NCBI GenBank assembly: GCA_030390025.1
Contig: CM059432.1
Coordinates: 106,766,001 to 106,830,000 of the forward strand
DNA: 64,000 nucleotides
Direction: 5' to 3'
Source: Squalus acanthias
Lineage: Eukaryota
Shown: piece after piece, positions 36,221 through 49,490 of the stretch
Position numbering within the stretch: position 1 is the stretch's first letter
How the letters are laid out: every line of letters starts with the position of its first letter
Translations under genes and position numbers: made by a program
Notes under the pieces: generated by a model
What the model was told of the DNA's origin: nothing
Databases searched by the model: none
Seen by the model: only the letters and a program-made list of their open reading frames with translations

Positions 36221-36818
36221 ATCCAATTTTGGGTATAATTTGACAGTACAGGGCAAAGCCCATTTCCTCAAGACAAAAAAATCAAATGGTTGAACTAGTA
36301 GAGGTGCCTCTTTAGGGGTACTCTTCAGATACAAATTGTCCTGCTGAGAATCTCACTGGGCAGGATTTTCTTGTATAATTAAAATTTGAAACTATCTTCT
36401 TTATAGTTCAGTTGTTTGATAATCTTTTCAAAACTTAAGCTTGGCATCACCTAACTGCTGCTCCTACTTTTCTACTTAGATGGTCCCCTGTATTGTTGGC
36501 CTTGGCATTTCTCTGGGGTTTCTCAGTTTAGAAAAAAACCCTTAGTGACCAGTACAAATGTGCATAGCTACTTGTGAAGTCCAGCTACATTCACTGCTGC
36601 AAAAGCAAACAGCAATCATCACATACCATAATTATTACTGGTTCACGGAGGGCATTGTTCCACTTACCCAACATTCTCCATGTGAGGTGTTTCCTGTTGG
36701 TACTTCCCTATATCAATTGCAATTTAATATTTGCTTGTTCAGAAATGTAACGTAAATGGCAATCCCAATAAAGAGTGCAGTAAAGGTAAATGGTACTATT
36801 GAATTTCCAACTATTTAG

Positions 36819-37086
36819 GTTTATATTGCTGTGACAGAGCAGAAGACCATGCTTGCCAGACCACATGTCGAAGAGTGCTGATGACAAAGTCCACAGATCA
36901 AGAAATTGTTGATGGACTTATCGATGGGTGTAAGAAAATGCCTCTGCCTCAGGATCCACTCTGGCAGTGCTTTCTCGAAAGTTCTGGATCAAGTAACCCG
37001 GATAACAGCACAAACGGGTTGCCCGCTACAGCTGTCGATGGTGCTAAATTGCACTGTTGTTCTAAAGCAAATACTTCTATCTGCAG
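36819..37086 (+). CDS. RECK: RECK exon (approx. exon 9), 268 nt: (S)LYCCDRAEDHACQ...PLPQDPLWQCF...KLHCCSKANTSIC(R), CC4 domain
   Basis: atttAG acceptor at 36817-36818, GTTGGT donor at 37087, phase 1/2. Matches RECK. Confidence 0.97.
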
Positions 37087-39042
37087 GTTGGTACAGTGAA
37101 TAAAAGTATTTTATTTTTCTCTGAGGTACTTCAACACTTTAATAGGCAACCGCTTCCCAAGAAATGTATATTGTAAAAATAACTTGTCTTAATTCCCATT
37201 ATTACTTTTGGCTCAGTGGGAGCAGTCAGGTTTGCTGAGAATTTTGCTCCTTATCGTACCCCTTCAATCAGCTGGAGATTTTATGCATCCAAAACTTGTG
37301 TAAATTAACTTAAGCAGTTAATTTACAATTTCTTTTGGTGTACTGCTTTGGTTTGGCTCCTATGATGTGTGAAGGATGCCTGAATTAAAGAATGCTAGGG
37401 TCACCTTCATTCTTCAAACGATGAGCATCCTTCACACTTCACAATTCCTCTTAACCATCGATTCGGGCCTCTAGGGATTTTATTATGAAGTATATTTAGA
37501 TCAGCATTAGGTTAAAATGAGCTGGTGCTAGCGCATACATTCTGGAGTTTCACTGAGGTGCAAGGTTAAGTGCGTGCCTACCCAGCATTTTAAAAACAGT
37601 TAAGGTATGCTTCGAATGTCAATTCCTACAACAAGTCTAACTTGGTTAAGTTCCTACAGTGTCTGAAGAATGAACACCCTATGGGTAAACTTTTCAGTCT
37701 CAGGACATAGAAATGGTAGCCTTAGGCCAGGGAAGCTCAGTGTGTATTCTCTCCTTTGTAGCCCTCAAGAAAACTGAAAACATTCAACCTATTCTGCATC
37801 AAAGGGCCTTGAATTCCTCCGTTAATTATGGTAATCCCATACCAATAATTCTGACAGTAGACCTGGTAGTTGGGTGCGCTCTTGGATACGTTCTTTCAGA
37901 TGGCACACAAAAATTGCTTGAGGGGGCCTCACTCTTGGCCTCTTTCTTACTGCCATTTAGATACAACACTGATGTCAGCAACGTCTCAACATTCTCTGTG
38001 CTAGACACTTCATGGGGTTGCAAAGGATTCCCCAAGCAAGTTTAAACTCAGGAATGGTGTTTTCTTTGCGGGGGCCTTGTGCAAAGGTTCGGTTTGGGGG
38101 CCCTACATTTCACTAGACAATGATACTAAATACTTATCACTGGATCCCCTTGAGGCCCCATGCAATTGCATGTGTACCATGGTCCTAACTCAGACCCTGC
38201 TTAAGCTCTAGCCACGTGACGGGTCTCTGTTACTGTTGACTCACATCGTTCTCAGATTGACGTACCAGAAATCTATGGCACTATCCAAGAGGATGCTGCG
38301 AATTTGTTTGAGGAGTCAGGATAATAAATATATTCTAGATAGTGTGTTGATCTCCTTGAAAGGGAAATTCCTTTTATGCTCTTTCCATTTCCCCTCATGC
38401 CAGAGTTGCTTTATGCTTCCTTCCCTTTTTTCTCCTGTCCATCGAAGAGGGGTTATGCACCATGTTCACAATCTCAGAGAAGTCAGTCAACTGAAATGGT
38501 TTTCAACAATTCTTTGATGGCTTTCCCTGGTCCATCTATTGCTTTTACTCTTTTGATCCTTCTGTCTGTGCTAGTGAAGTAACTGATGCTAATCTAGGCA
38601 GCATGGAAAGAATTTCATACCTCACTCTTCCTGTAATGTCAGATCTGGTACTATATTTTTGCTGAATCATGCCTGCTATTTTGCTGGTGGATCTCGTAAA
38701 GATTATTCCTATTCCACTTGCAGACTTGACCAGTCAGAAGCAGCCCAAGCTAACTTTGTCTCTGTCTCTGTTTGTAATCTCTATACATCTATTCTTAGAG
38801 GTACTAAACTCAATTTAATTGAAAAGTGTCAACTGCTGTCAATCCTTCCCCCCCCTTCCTCCTTGTCCCTTTTTCAGACCTGTAACTTGTAAATTCGATG
38901 AATCCTTCCTTCTGCTCCTCTTCTGTTCTGATCTCAGCTGTAATAAAGAAAAAAATGATTTTTTTAACATTTTCTTTTTTACGTTATTCTCGATTATCTT
39001 GCTAAAGACCCTCCCACTATTGCTTCATTCTGACTGACCAAG

Positions 39043-39730
39043 TGTAGGGTTTCTGTATACCGTCGGTAGTACAAGAGTGACGTGGACCCAAGCGGTGCGA
39101 TCGAGGAAAATACAAGACAACAAACTGTCTTTTAGGCTAAACTACTTTTTATTGAACACTCAACAATAGTCACACAATTTCATACAACCTTGCAAAACTG
39201 GAGAGTGTCGTCAAGGCTACCAGGTGATCAGTCCATTTGCACTTTAGGTTAACGCCTTGACTTCTTGCTAGATTCGTCTCCTTGTCTTCTCACCAACTCC
39301 AGCTCCGTCCTGCTTTGATGTGCTGCTCTTATATTATTCTTCTTGGTTGGGGGCATGAGTACCAGTTGCTGAAAGTCCCACTTTAGCCAACCACGCACTG
39401 TTGTTAGGCCTTCTTAGCCTTCTTAATTGGCTGGTTATTATTGGTCTTGTAATTGAGTCAAAACCAAACTGCCAGACCAGGTAAAGCCCTAGGCATGTCC
39501 TGTTATCAACTGCATTGTCTGGTTTCAAGAGGTTTGTCTCCTTGGTACATGCACTTGGTATAATGATCTTCCTCATTCATTAATTATTTTAATCTTTGTA
39601 CCAGACTTCAGTCTGCACACAGCCATTGTGATCCTGGGTTGACTTGTTCAGTCTGTACGTAACAGCAGTTTTGCAATAGTGTCCAAAAGGTTTAACCCTT
39701 TAAATCCTTTGCAAGTTGTTTTCCCGTCAA
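39043..39730 (-). mobile_element. Putative solo LTR
   Basis: Starts TGTAGG, with a minus-strand AATAAA (tttatt near 39147) and a TATA-like motif near 39330. Right end and TSD unresolved. Confidence 0.3.
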
Positions 39731-40316
39731 GTCTGTCAGATCTTCTGCTCTCTGGACTCCAATAAGACTTGCGATCTTAATGATATCTTTCAGTTGCCTT
39801 GAAGATTTGGGCCTCAAAGCTTTCATTTGTCCTATTCAACCTCTTACTCCCAGTCTACCCCTCCCTTCGCCTTAGAAACTTTCATGTGTTCATCCTATTC
39901 CTGAGAAGTGGGGCATTTTACCCTTCCAACTATTGCCCTATTGCCTTTACACCAGTACTACTTAAAGTTATGGAAGCTTCTGTGAACTCTCAAGCTGGTC
40001 ATCACCTGATCAGTGCTGGTCTAATCTGATTGCCAGTATGGATTCCATGCTGGTTGGAGATGCACGTAACCTTACATTTCCTTTGGATCTTGTTGCTTTT
40101 TATGTGGATCTCTGGAAATCTGTTCTTGAACCATTATGGAAATTTCCATAACCCTTCACAGGATCTGGCGCTATGTATTTCTAAAATAGTTGCCATCATA
40201 TGCAAAAGATTGTGAAAGAGGAACGGAGTGTGAGACGGTAAAAAGAGTGAAGAGTGTGAGCCAACCACTATAGAACAGATGGAACAGTTGAAGATGAAAC
40301 TATAAATACCATCATA

Positions 40317-40753
40317 GGTGTCAGTCTTGGCTCAGTAGTACCATTTTTGCCTCTTGAGACAGAAGGTTGTGGGTTCAAGCCTCACTCCAGAGACTTGAGT
40401 ACATAAACCAGGCTGGCACTTCTGTGCAATACTGAGGGAGTGCTGCACTGTCTTTCGGATGAGACGTTAAACCGAGACCCCGTCAGCCCCCTCAGGTGGA
40501 CTTGAGAGATCCCATGGCACTATTCCAAGAAGAGCAGGTGAGTTTTCCTGGTGTCTTCGCCAACATTTATCCCTCAACCAAAAACAGATGATCTGGACAT
40601 TTATTTCATTGCTGTTTGTGGGAGCTTACTGTGTGTAAACTGACTGCTGCGTTTCCTACATTACAACAGCGACTACACTTCAAAAGTACTTAATTGGCTA
40701 TAAAGTTCTTTGGGACGTCCTGGGGTCATGAAAGGCACTATAGTCTTTCTTTC
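40317..40753 (+). mobile_element. Full-length Deu-SINE (SacSINE1-like)
   Basis: A/B boxes, central conserved domain, tail ending TCTTTCTTTC. Confidence 0.85.
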
Positions 40754-40980
40754 TTGGATATGGCCTACTATCAAAGCTATGTTCAAGGCTTTCTAGTTTC
40801 TTCCCACTAGAGCCAAGTTCAAGACTTTCTGGTTTCTTCTTAAACTGCTCTATCTGTACTATAGTAGTTCTCATCCTCTTGACTCTATTTACCCAGTCTC
40901 TCACTCTGTTCCTCCTTCACATCATGATCTTTTGTACTCATCGTTCAACTTTCTGCTTCTATCCTGGTGATTCTATTCTA

Positions 40981-43900
40981 CATAAGAACATAAAAAATAG
41001 GAGCAGGAGTAGGCCATTTGGCCCTTCGAGCCTGCTCCGCCATTCAGTAAGATCATGGATGATCTTCTACCTCATCTCCACTTTCCTGCACTATCCCCAT
41101 ATCTCTTGATTCCCTTAATATTCAAAAATCTATCGATCTCTGTCTTGAATATACTCAACGACTGAGCCTCCACAGCCCTGTGGGGTAGAGAATTCCAAAG
41201 ATTCACCACCCGCTGAGTGAAAAAATTTCTCCTCATTTTAGTCCTAAATGACCCCTTATTCTGAGACACTGACCCCTGGTTCTAGACTCCCCAGCCAGGG
41301 GAAACATCCTCCCTGCATCTACCCTGTCAAGCCCTGTAAGAATCCCTCCATCCCAGGAACCAGTCTGGTGAACCTTCGTTGCACTCCCTCTATGGCAAGT
41401 ATATCTTTCCTTGGGTAAGGAGACCAAAACTGTACACAATACTCCAGGTGTGGTCTCACCAGGGCCCTATATAATTGCAGTAAGACGTCTTTACTCTTAT
41501 ACTCAAATCCTCTTGTAATAAAGACCAACATACCATTTGCTTTCCTAATTGCTTGCTGTACCTGCATGTTAACTTTCAGTGATTCGTGTACAAGGACACC
41601 CAGGTCCCTCTGAACACCAACATTTCCCAATCTCTCACCATTTAAAAAACACTCTGTTTTTCTATTTTTCCTACCAAAGTGGATAACTTCACATTTCTCC
41701 ACATTATATTCCATTTGCCATGTTCTTGCCTATTCACTTAGCCTGTCTATATCCCCTTGAAGCCTCCTTGCATCCTCCTCACAACTTACATTCCCATGCA
41801 GCTTTGTAACATCAGCAAACTTGGATATATTACATTTGGTCCCCTCATCCAAATCATTGATGTAGATTGTGAATAGCTGAGGCCCAAGCACTGATCCTTG
41901 CGGTACCCCACTAGTTACAGCCTGCCAACCCGAAAATGACCCGTTTATTCCTACTCTCTGTTTTCTGTCCATTAACCAATCCTCAATCCTTGCTAGTATA
42001 TTACCCCCAATCCCATGAGCCCTAATTTTGTTTAATAACCTCTTGTGTGGCACCTTATCGAATGCCTTCTGAAAATCCAAATATACCACATCCACTGGTT
42101 CCCCGTTATCTATTCTGCTAGTTACAATCTCAAAAAACTTAACAGATTTGTCAAACACGATTTCCCTTTCATAAATCCGTGTTGACTCTGCCCAATCCTA
42201 TTATTATTTTCTAAGTGCCCTGTTACCACGTCCTTAATAATAGATTCTAGCATTTTCCCTACTACTGATGTCAGGCTAACTGGTCTGTAGATCCCCGTTT
42301 TCTCTCTCCCTCCTTTCTTAATTAGTGGGGTTACAGTTGCTACCTTCCAATCTGCGGGAACCGTTCCAGAATCTATGGAATTTTGGAAAATGACACACAA
42401 TGCATCCACTATCTCTATAGCCACCTCTTTCAAAACCCTAGGATGCAGGCCATCACATCATGGGGATTTATTGGCTTTCAGTCCCATTAATTTCTCCAGT
42501 ACTATATTTTTACTAATACTAATTCCTCATTCTCGCTAGAGCCTTGGTTCTCCACTATTTCCGGGAAGTTTTTTGCGTCTTCTTTCGTGAAGACAGGCAA
42601 AATGGCCGCGATTTTGCCGGCGCTCAAAGGGCGGGTTTGGAGGCGGGTCAGAGGTTAAATTTGATTTGATTGACGGTGGGTTCCGAATCCGCCGTCAACT
42701 CGCCTCCAAACAACTTTCCCAAGTGTCGGGTCCCCGATTTGTGAATGGACCCGACACCTAGCGGCGGGAAGTGGATTAAAGGCAATTACCTGCCTTTCAG
42801 CCTGTTGTTGGATTTTCTCGCTTCTGGGTCGGGTTTCCCAATGTCCGGACACCATGCCAGGTAAGTGTGGCATGTTGTGAGTCTGGTGTAATGTTTGTGA
42901 AAAGATGACAGCTGCAGAAGTGGTGTGAAGGATCCAATGTTGCACATGGTGAGTTTCAGAGCGAAGAAAATGTTGGTTACTGCATTTTTAAAACATTTAC
43001 AGATTTCTTTAGCTTACAAGTTTTTAAATCCAACTATATGTCCAGTGCCACCTCATTGGGAGAAACTCTCTCACCAGTGACAGATCGCTTCTGTCACCTC
43101 ACCTGCAGCTGCCATCTATTCCAGCATATGGAGGGAGTCATTGGAGAGCGTGAGTGCAAGAGTTCACCTTTGTGCAGTGATTGTCAGTGTTTTCAGCACC
43201 TCAATGCTGTCAAACACTGAGAAATCAACTGTCAAAATAAAATTGTGCATGGTCCCTTTAAGGAAACCGGCAGATGACGCGTCATCAAATGACGTCATCA
43301 GACCCGCTTTCTGTTAATTGGCCGGCAAGCCCGCAGGGCGGGCTTAACAAGGTCAATCAAGGGAAAATCACGTCTGGAGCGGAGGCAGCTGGGGGCGGGA
43401 CTGGAAGCTGGAAACCAGCTGTCCCGCACCCATCCTGACACCGCTGACAAAATCGCGGCCAAAGTATTTGTTGAATTTCTCTGCCATTTCCTTATTCCCC
43501 ATTATAACTTCTCCTGTCTCAGCCTGTAAGGGACCCACATTTACTTTTGCTAATCTTTTCCTTTCTACATACCTATAGATGCTTTTGCAGTCTGTTTTTA
43601 TGTCTCTCACTAGTTTACTCTCATATTCTATTTTCCCTTTCTTTATCAATTTCTTGGTCCTCCTTTGCTGAATTCTAAAATCCTCCCAATCCTCAGGCTT
43701 ACTACTCTTTTTGGCAAATTTATAAGCCTCTTCCTTTGATCTAATAATATCTTTAACTTCTCTTGTTAGCCACGGTTGGACCACTTTTCCTGTGGGGTTT
43801 TTGTGCCTTAAAGGAATGTATATTTGTTGTAAATTTTGAATTAATTCTTTAAATGCTAGCCATTTTCATACCTTTTAATGTAGTTTCCCAATCTACCATA

Positions 43901-44790
43901 GCCAACTTGCCCCTCATACCTATGTAGTTTGCTTTGTTTAGATTTAAGACCCTAGTTTCGGATTTAACTAAGTCACTTTCAAACTCAATATAAAATTCTA
44001 TCATATTATGGTCACTCTTCCCTAAAGGCCCCTTTACTACAAGGTTATTAATTAATCCTTTCTCGTTGCACAATACTAGATCTAAAGTAGCCTGTTCCCT
44101 AGTTGGTTCCTCAACATACTGATCCAGAAAACTATCTTGCATACATTCCATGAATTCGTCCTCCACACTATTACTGCAAATTTGGTTTGCCCAGTCTATA
44201 TGTAGATTAAAGTCCCCCATGATCACTGTATTACCCTTGTTACATGTGCCTCTAACTTCCTGATTTATACTCTGCCCTACATTACAACTACTGTTTGGGG
44301 GCAACTCCCACCAATGTTTTCTGCCCCTTGCTGTTTCTTAGCTCCACCCAAACTGATTCTACTTCTTGATTTTCGGAGCTAAGATCCTTTCTCTCTACTG
44401 TCTTTATCCCATCGTTTATTATCAGGGCTACCCCTCTTCCTTTTCCATTTTTCCTATCTCTTCTAAAAGTTAAGTATCCTGGAATATTTAGTTCCCAACC
44501 TTGGCCACTTTGCAACCACATCTCTGTTATGGCTATTAGATCAAACCTGTTAATTTCTATCTGCGCTATTCATCTATTTTGTTGCGAATGCTTCGCACAT
44601 TCAAATATAGTGTCTTTAGCTTTGACTTATTTCTATTTTTCCCTGATGTCACCTTAGTCACTGATGCCTTATTACCTTTGTTATTGTCTCTGTCCCTTCC
44701 TGATCCACTCTGCTTATTTTTACCCAAAACTCTACTCTGCTCTAGAGCCTTGAGATTTTTCTCACTGCTTTTAAATTTACTCTTTCCTGA
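40981..44790 (-). mobile_element. CR1 with most of ORF2 (APE + RT), disrupted, interrupted by the MITE at 42604-43460
   Basis: ORF fragments 44288, 43849, 43368, 42122, 41730 and 41319 carry CR1 motifs. Tail cataagaacata. Confidence 0.92.
42604..43460 (+). mobile_element. Non-autonomous Harbinger derivative
   Basis: Perfect 13-bp TIR GGCCGCGATTTTG, of which 12 bp are identical to the right end of the 7049-11100 element. The left subterminal region is homologous to 7100-7240. Flanks AAT/AAA. Confidence 0.88.
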
Positions 44791-45445
44791 ATCCTCCCAC
44801 CCCCCCCTTCAGGAGGGCTCATCCTGGAAAATCACAGGTGTGCAGTCTGTGATTTTCCATTATTAAAATTAATCCATGGCAAATAATGGCTATGTGGCCA
44901 TGATTTCCCAAGATGGGTTCCCTGCGAGTGCCGTTCCCTATGGGAAGTCCTGGATCGTGGCATTGCACCTATAAAGTATTAGTACCAATGTTTTGTGCTA
45001 CAAACAAAGCTTGTGATAACACTATCGGGTTATCTAACATTATGTGGGATTTTAGGAACGTATGAAAAAGGACAGGAAGAGACAAAAGTGGTCCATCCAG
45101 CTTATCCCATCCAAACGTGGTGCAGCCAACTCTCACCCTATCCAGTCAGGCAGTCTCTCAGCAGAGGTGAGGGAAAAAACTGAGGCTAATTTAGGGGGGC
45201 GGGAAAGTTTCTTCCAAATCCAATCAAACAAGCTCTAGGAGACTGCAGGAATTTATATCACTATTCACAGTAAACTTTCTATAACTTGAGAGGCCAGTTT
45301 ACACTAACTTTTTTTGCTTATTTTGAATTTTTAAAATGAACTTTATAATTCGCCTGTGTGGAGAACTATGATGTGTACTGCAGATTTGTACTGTAACCTT
45401 GAGACTGTTCCCCTTTTTTAAGAAATGTTTCTCTTATTTTGACAG

Positions 45446-45625
45446 GGATCTGTGTATTAAGTTGTACAGCACCAGGTGGGGAAGCACAACTCACTGGCAA
45501 GAATTTGATAGGGTCTGTGAATATAACCCTCTGGAAGTCGCTATGTTTACATGCCTGGCTGATGTAAGAGAACCATGTCAACTGGGTTGCCAAGGTCTCA
45601 AATACTGCACTAATTTTAACAACAG
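45446..45625 (+). CDS. RECK: RECK exon (approx. exon 10), 180 nt: DLCIKLYSTRWG...CQLGCQGLKYCTNFNN(R)
   Basis: tgacAG acceptor, GTAAGA donor at 45626, phase 2/2. Matches RECK. Confidence 0.97.
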
Positions 45626-46164
45626 GTAAGAATCCCCCTTCAGTGACTTTAAAACCACCAAACATTAACCCTGTTTCTACATCTGTGAAGTTTTCTGAAG
45701 TAAGTGGCCCTAACAGAAAGTCCAAAAGTTCATTTCTTTTATAGGCATTCTTTTCTGGAATTTCCACCAGAAATGGTGGAGGAAGCAGATTCCATAATAA
45801 CTTTTGAAAGGGAAGCAGATAGATATTGTGAAAAATTAAAAAATTAAAAGGGAATGGGCAGAAAAATGGGATAAAATGGATAGCTTTTTCAAAGAGCTTT
45901 TTGTACTGCAGAATTCTGAGATTCTATGGCATCTGTGCGTATTTAAAAGTTATTGAGTCTGGAAACAATTGAATGTGCTCCAGATGGTGCTGTATCATTT
46001 TTGTTCATGCAGTAAAGTTAAAGATGGAACTTTGATGTGGAAAATATATCAAATATACTAAACTTGAACTTTTTAATGAGTTAATACTTGTAGGTACAAA
46101 TCACTGTCAGTTAACATTTTGGTTTGTAAATGTCTTAATCAGAAGACGCAAAGTAGTGATTGTC

Positions 46165-47885
46165 GTCAGAAGAGATAGGAGAGGTGATGAATGAATACTT
46201 TTCGTCAGTGTTCACCGAGGAGAGGGGCCATGTTCTTGAGGATGAGAGTGTGATAAAGGTGGATAGGCTGGAGGTGGTAGATGTTCTGAGGGAAGATGTT
46301 TTAGCAATTTTGAAGAACCTGAGGGTCGATAAGTCCCCTGGGCCAGATGGGATATATCCTAGGATTCTTTGGGAGGCAAGGGAGGAGATTGCAGAGCCTC
46401 TGGCTTTGATCTTTGGGTCCTCACTGTCCACAGGGATGGTGCCAGAGGACTGGAGAGTGGCGAATGTTGTTCCTCTCTTCAAGAAAGGAAATAGGAATGA
46501 CCCTGGTAATTATAGGCCGGTTAGTCTTACTTCGGTGGTTGGTAAGATAATGGAAAAGGTCCTGAGGGATAGGATTTATGACCATTTGGAAAGGGGCAAC
46601 TTAATCAGGGATAGTCAACACGGATTCGTGAAGGGTAAGTCTTGCCTAACAAATTTGATTGAATTCTTTGAGGAGGTAACTAAGTGTGTAGATGAAGGTA
46701 GAGCAGTTGATGTCGTATACATGGATTTTAGTAAGGCGTTTGATAAGGTTCCCCATGGTCGTCTCATGAAGAAAGTAAGGAGTTGTGGGATAGAGGGAAA
46801 TTTGGCCGATTGGATAAGTAACTGGCTATCTCATAGAAGGCAGAGGGTGGTGGTGGATGGAACATTTTCGGACTGGAGACCAGTTACCAGCGGTGTGCCA
46901 CAGGGGTCGGTGCTGGGTCCTCTGCTGTTTGTGATTTTTATCAATGACTTGGAGGAGGGGACTGAAGGGTGGATCAGTAAATTTGCTGATGACACCAAGA
47001 TTGGTGGAGTAGTGGATGAGGTGGAGGGCAGTTGTAGGCTGCAAAGAGACATTGATAGGATGCAGAGCTGGGCCGAAAAATGGCAGATGGAATTTAACCC
47101 TGATAAGTGCGAGGTGATTCATTTTGGTAGGGCAAATTTGAATAAGGATTACAGGGTCAACGGCAGGGTTCTGAGGAACGTGGAGGAGCAGAGGGATCTG
47201 GGGGTTCATATCCACAGATCTCTGAAGGTTGCCACTCAAGTGGATAGAGCAGTAAAGAAGGCCTATGGTGTGTTGGCGTTTATTAACAGAGGATTTGAGT
47301 TTAAGAACCGTGAGGTTATGCTGCAACTGTACAGGACCTTGGTGAGACCACATTTGGAATATTGTGTGCAGTTCTGGTCACCTCACTATAGGAAGGACGT
47401 AGAAGCATTGGAAAGAGTGCAAAGGAGATTTACCAGGATGCTGCCTGGTTTGGGGGGGAGGTCTTATGAGGAAAGATTGAGGGAGTTGGGGCTTTTCTCT
47501 TTAGAGCGGAGGAGGATGAGAGGCGACTTAATAGAGGTTTATAAGATGATGAGGGGGATAGATAGAGTGGATGTTCAGAGACTATTTCCTCGGGTAGAGG
47601 CAGCTGTTACAAGGGGGCATAACTATAAGGTGCATGGGGGGAGATATAGAAGGGATGTCCGAGGTAGATTCTTTACTCAGAGAGTGGTTGGGGTGTGGAA
47701 TGGACTGCCTGCTGTGATAGTGGAGTCGGACACTTTAGGAACTTTCAAGCGGTTATTGGATAAGCACATGGAGCACACCAGAGTGATAGGGAGTGTGATA
47801 GCTTGATCTTGGTCTCGGACAATGCTCGGCACAACATCGAGGGCCGAAGGGCCTGTACTGTGCTGTACTGTTCTATGTTCTATGT
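46165..47885 (+). mobile_element. Young 5'-truncated CR1 with an intact ~546-codon RT ORF
   Basis: ORF 46160..47806 has no stops. (GTTCTAT)n tail, and TGTCGT at both junctions (46161-46166, 47883-47888). Confidence 0.95.
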
Positions 47886-47977
47886 CGTGCCTCTTGTTTC
47901 CTGTTTGGCTAGAATTTTGTCTGCTTGCATTTTACCTCATTTGTTCAACTCCATATATTGCTGGGAATTGTTGCCAT

Positions 47978-48042
47978 GCCATGGGATGGGGGGTCGGGAG
48001 CAGGGTGTATGCCATGGAATGGGGGGTCAGGAGCAGGGTGTG
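47978..48042. repeat. 33-bp tandem duplication
   Basis: GCCATGG(G/A)ATGGGGGGTC(G/A)GGAGCAGGGTGT occurs twice. Confidence 0.8.
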
Positions 48043-49294
48043 GTGGGGTGGGTGAATGAACCAGGAATACCGGCCCTGTCAGAAGTGCACACTCTGGACA
48101 TTTGGTGGCCATCCTCCATTTTCCTCTGTTACAATCTGACTTTGAGGCAGGCCTTCAGTTCTATTCTCAGGCAGCAAGTTGTTTCCTGTTCCTTCCCACA
48201 TCAGAGTAGTTTTTCTCTGTTTTGTCAGTATTTCTAGCTACTGAGTGGAAACTTTGATATAAGACTGCCTCTTTTTGCCGTGCATCCCAGGGAGAGTAGC
48301 CTCTGGGTCCCGTGCAAAGGAGCTCTAGCTTTGCTATTAAAGTTGCTTCATCTTTTGTTCAGCTGCTTGGTCTTCATTGGCTGGTGACAGTGATGGAGAA
48401 GGCATTGTGCGGTTTGAGCAGCATCTGGGTGAGGACATTGGCTGCAATGATGCAGCCTCTGACATTGTCCAAAGCAGTTGTTTGAGCCTCAGCGACTGCT
48501 TCAAACAAAGCTGACTGATACCGAATCTACACTGACTGTGTCTCTGGCCCCAGCATCGATCCACCAATGCCAGAAAACACAGACCTGAAGATTTAACTGA
48601 GGAACTGCACCTAGGGATCTAACTAAACATTTGTTCCTTCAGTTGCTTTGGTGCTGGAGGTTGTATTACAGAATGTAGTGTTTGTCTAGTATCGATATGA
48701 TATCACTCAAATAGGTCAGGACTTCAACATAGTATTAATACAACTATTCACTCACGCAGGAGTACAGGTGTTGCCTTGTGAGCCATGTGTGACTGAGTGT
48801 ATGTGTGTACTTATGTGCCCTGGCTGAGTTACTGGAAAATGTTCATTGAAGCTACAGCTAATTTCCCCTCTTCTAAAAAGGAAGATAAAAAAATGAGAGA
48901 AAACTACGCTTTCCCACCAAGTCCTTGCACCTCCAATGGAAACCCTGTTATTTCTCATCAGTATAAATGGCCTGGATACCAAAACTAAGTTTGTCCAATT
49001 TGCTGGCAACCCTAAAATAGAGAGAGCTGTAGACAAAGGGGGAAAAAATTACAAAAATATTTAGATTAGTTATGTAGTTGGGCAGACAATGGCAAATAAA
49101 ATTTAGCAGGAACGAATGTTTTGCACATAGGTCAAAAAATGTGGTGTATTAAATTTACAAATGAATGAATAGACTCGGTACAAAAAGACTTAGAAAGGGA
49201 CCTGTGAGTAATGGTGCACGCACCACTTTCAATGACTAGATAGTATCGCTATTGATTTTCCTAGGCTTTATCCAAATATTTCTCCTGTTTTAAT

Positions 49295-49490
49295 AAAAAT
49301 TCATTCTCAAGATGTTGGCATCGCAGGCAAGGCCAGCATTTATTGCCCAACCCTAGTTGCCCAGAGAAGCGATTTGATACAACTGAGTGGCTTGCATGGC
49401 TATTTCAGAGGACAGTTAAGAATCAACCATGTTGGTGTGGTACTGGAGTCACTTATTGGCTAGACCAGGTAAGGACGGCAGGATTCCTTC
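49295..49490 (-). mobile_element. SINE (LINE-X-tailed family) 3' part
   Basis: Reverse complement of 1290-1488. Confidence 0.75.
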
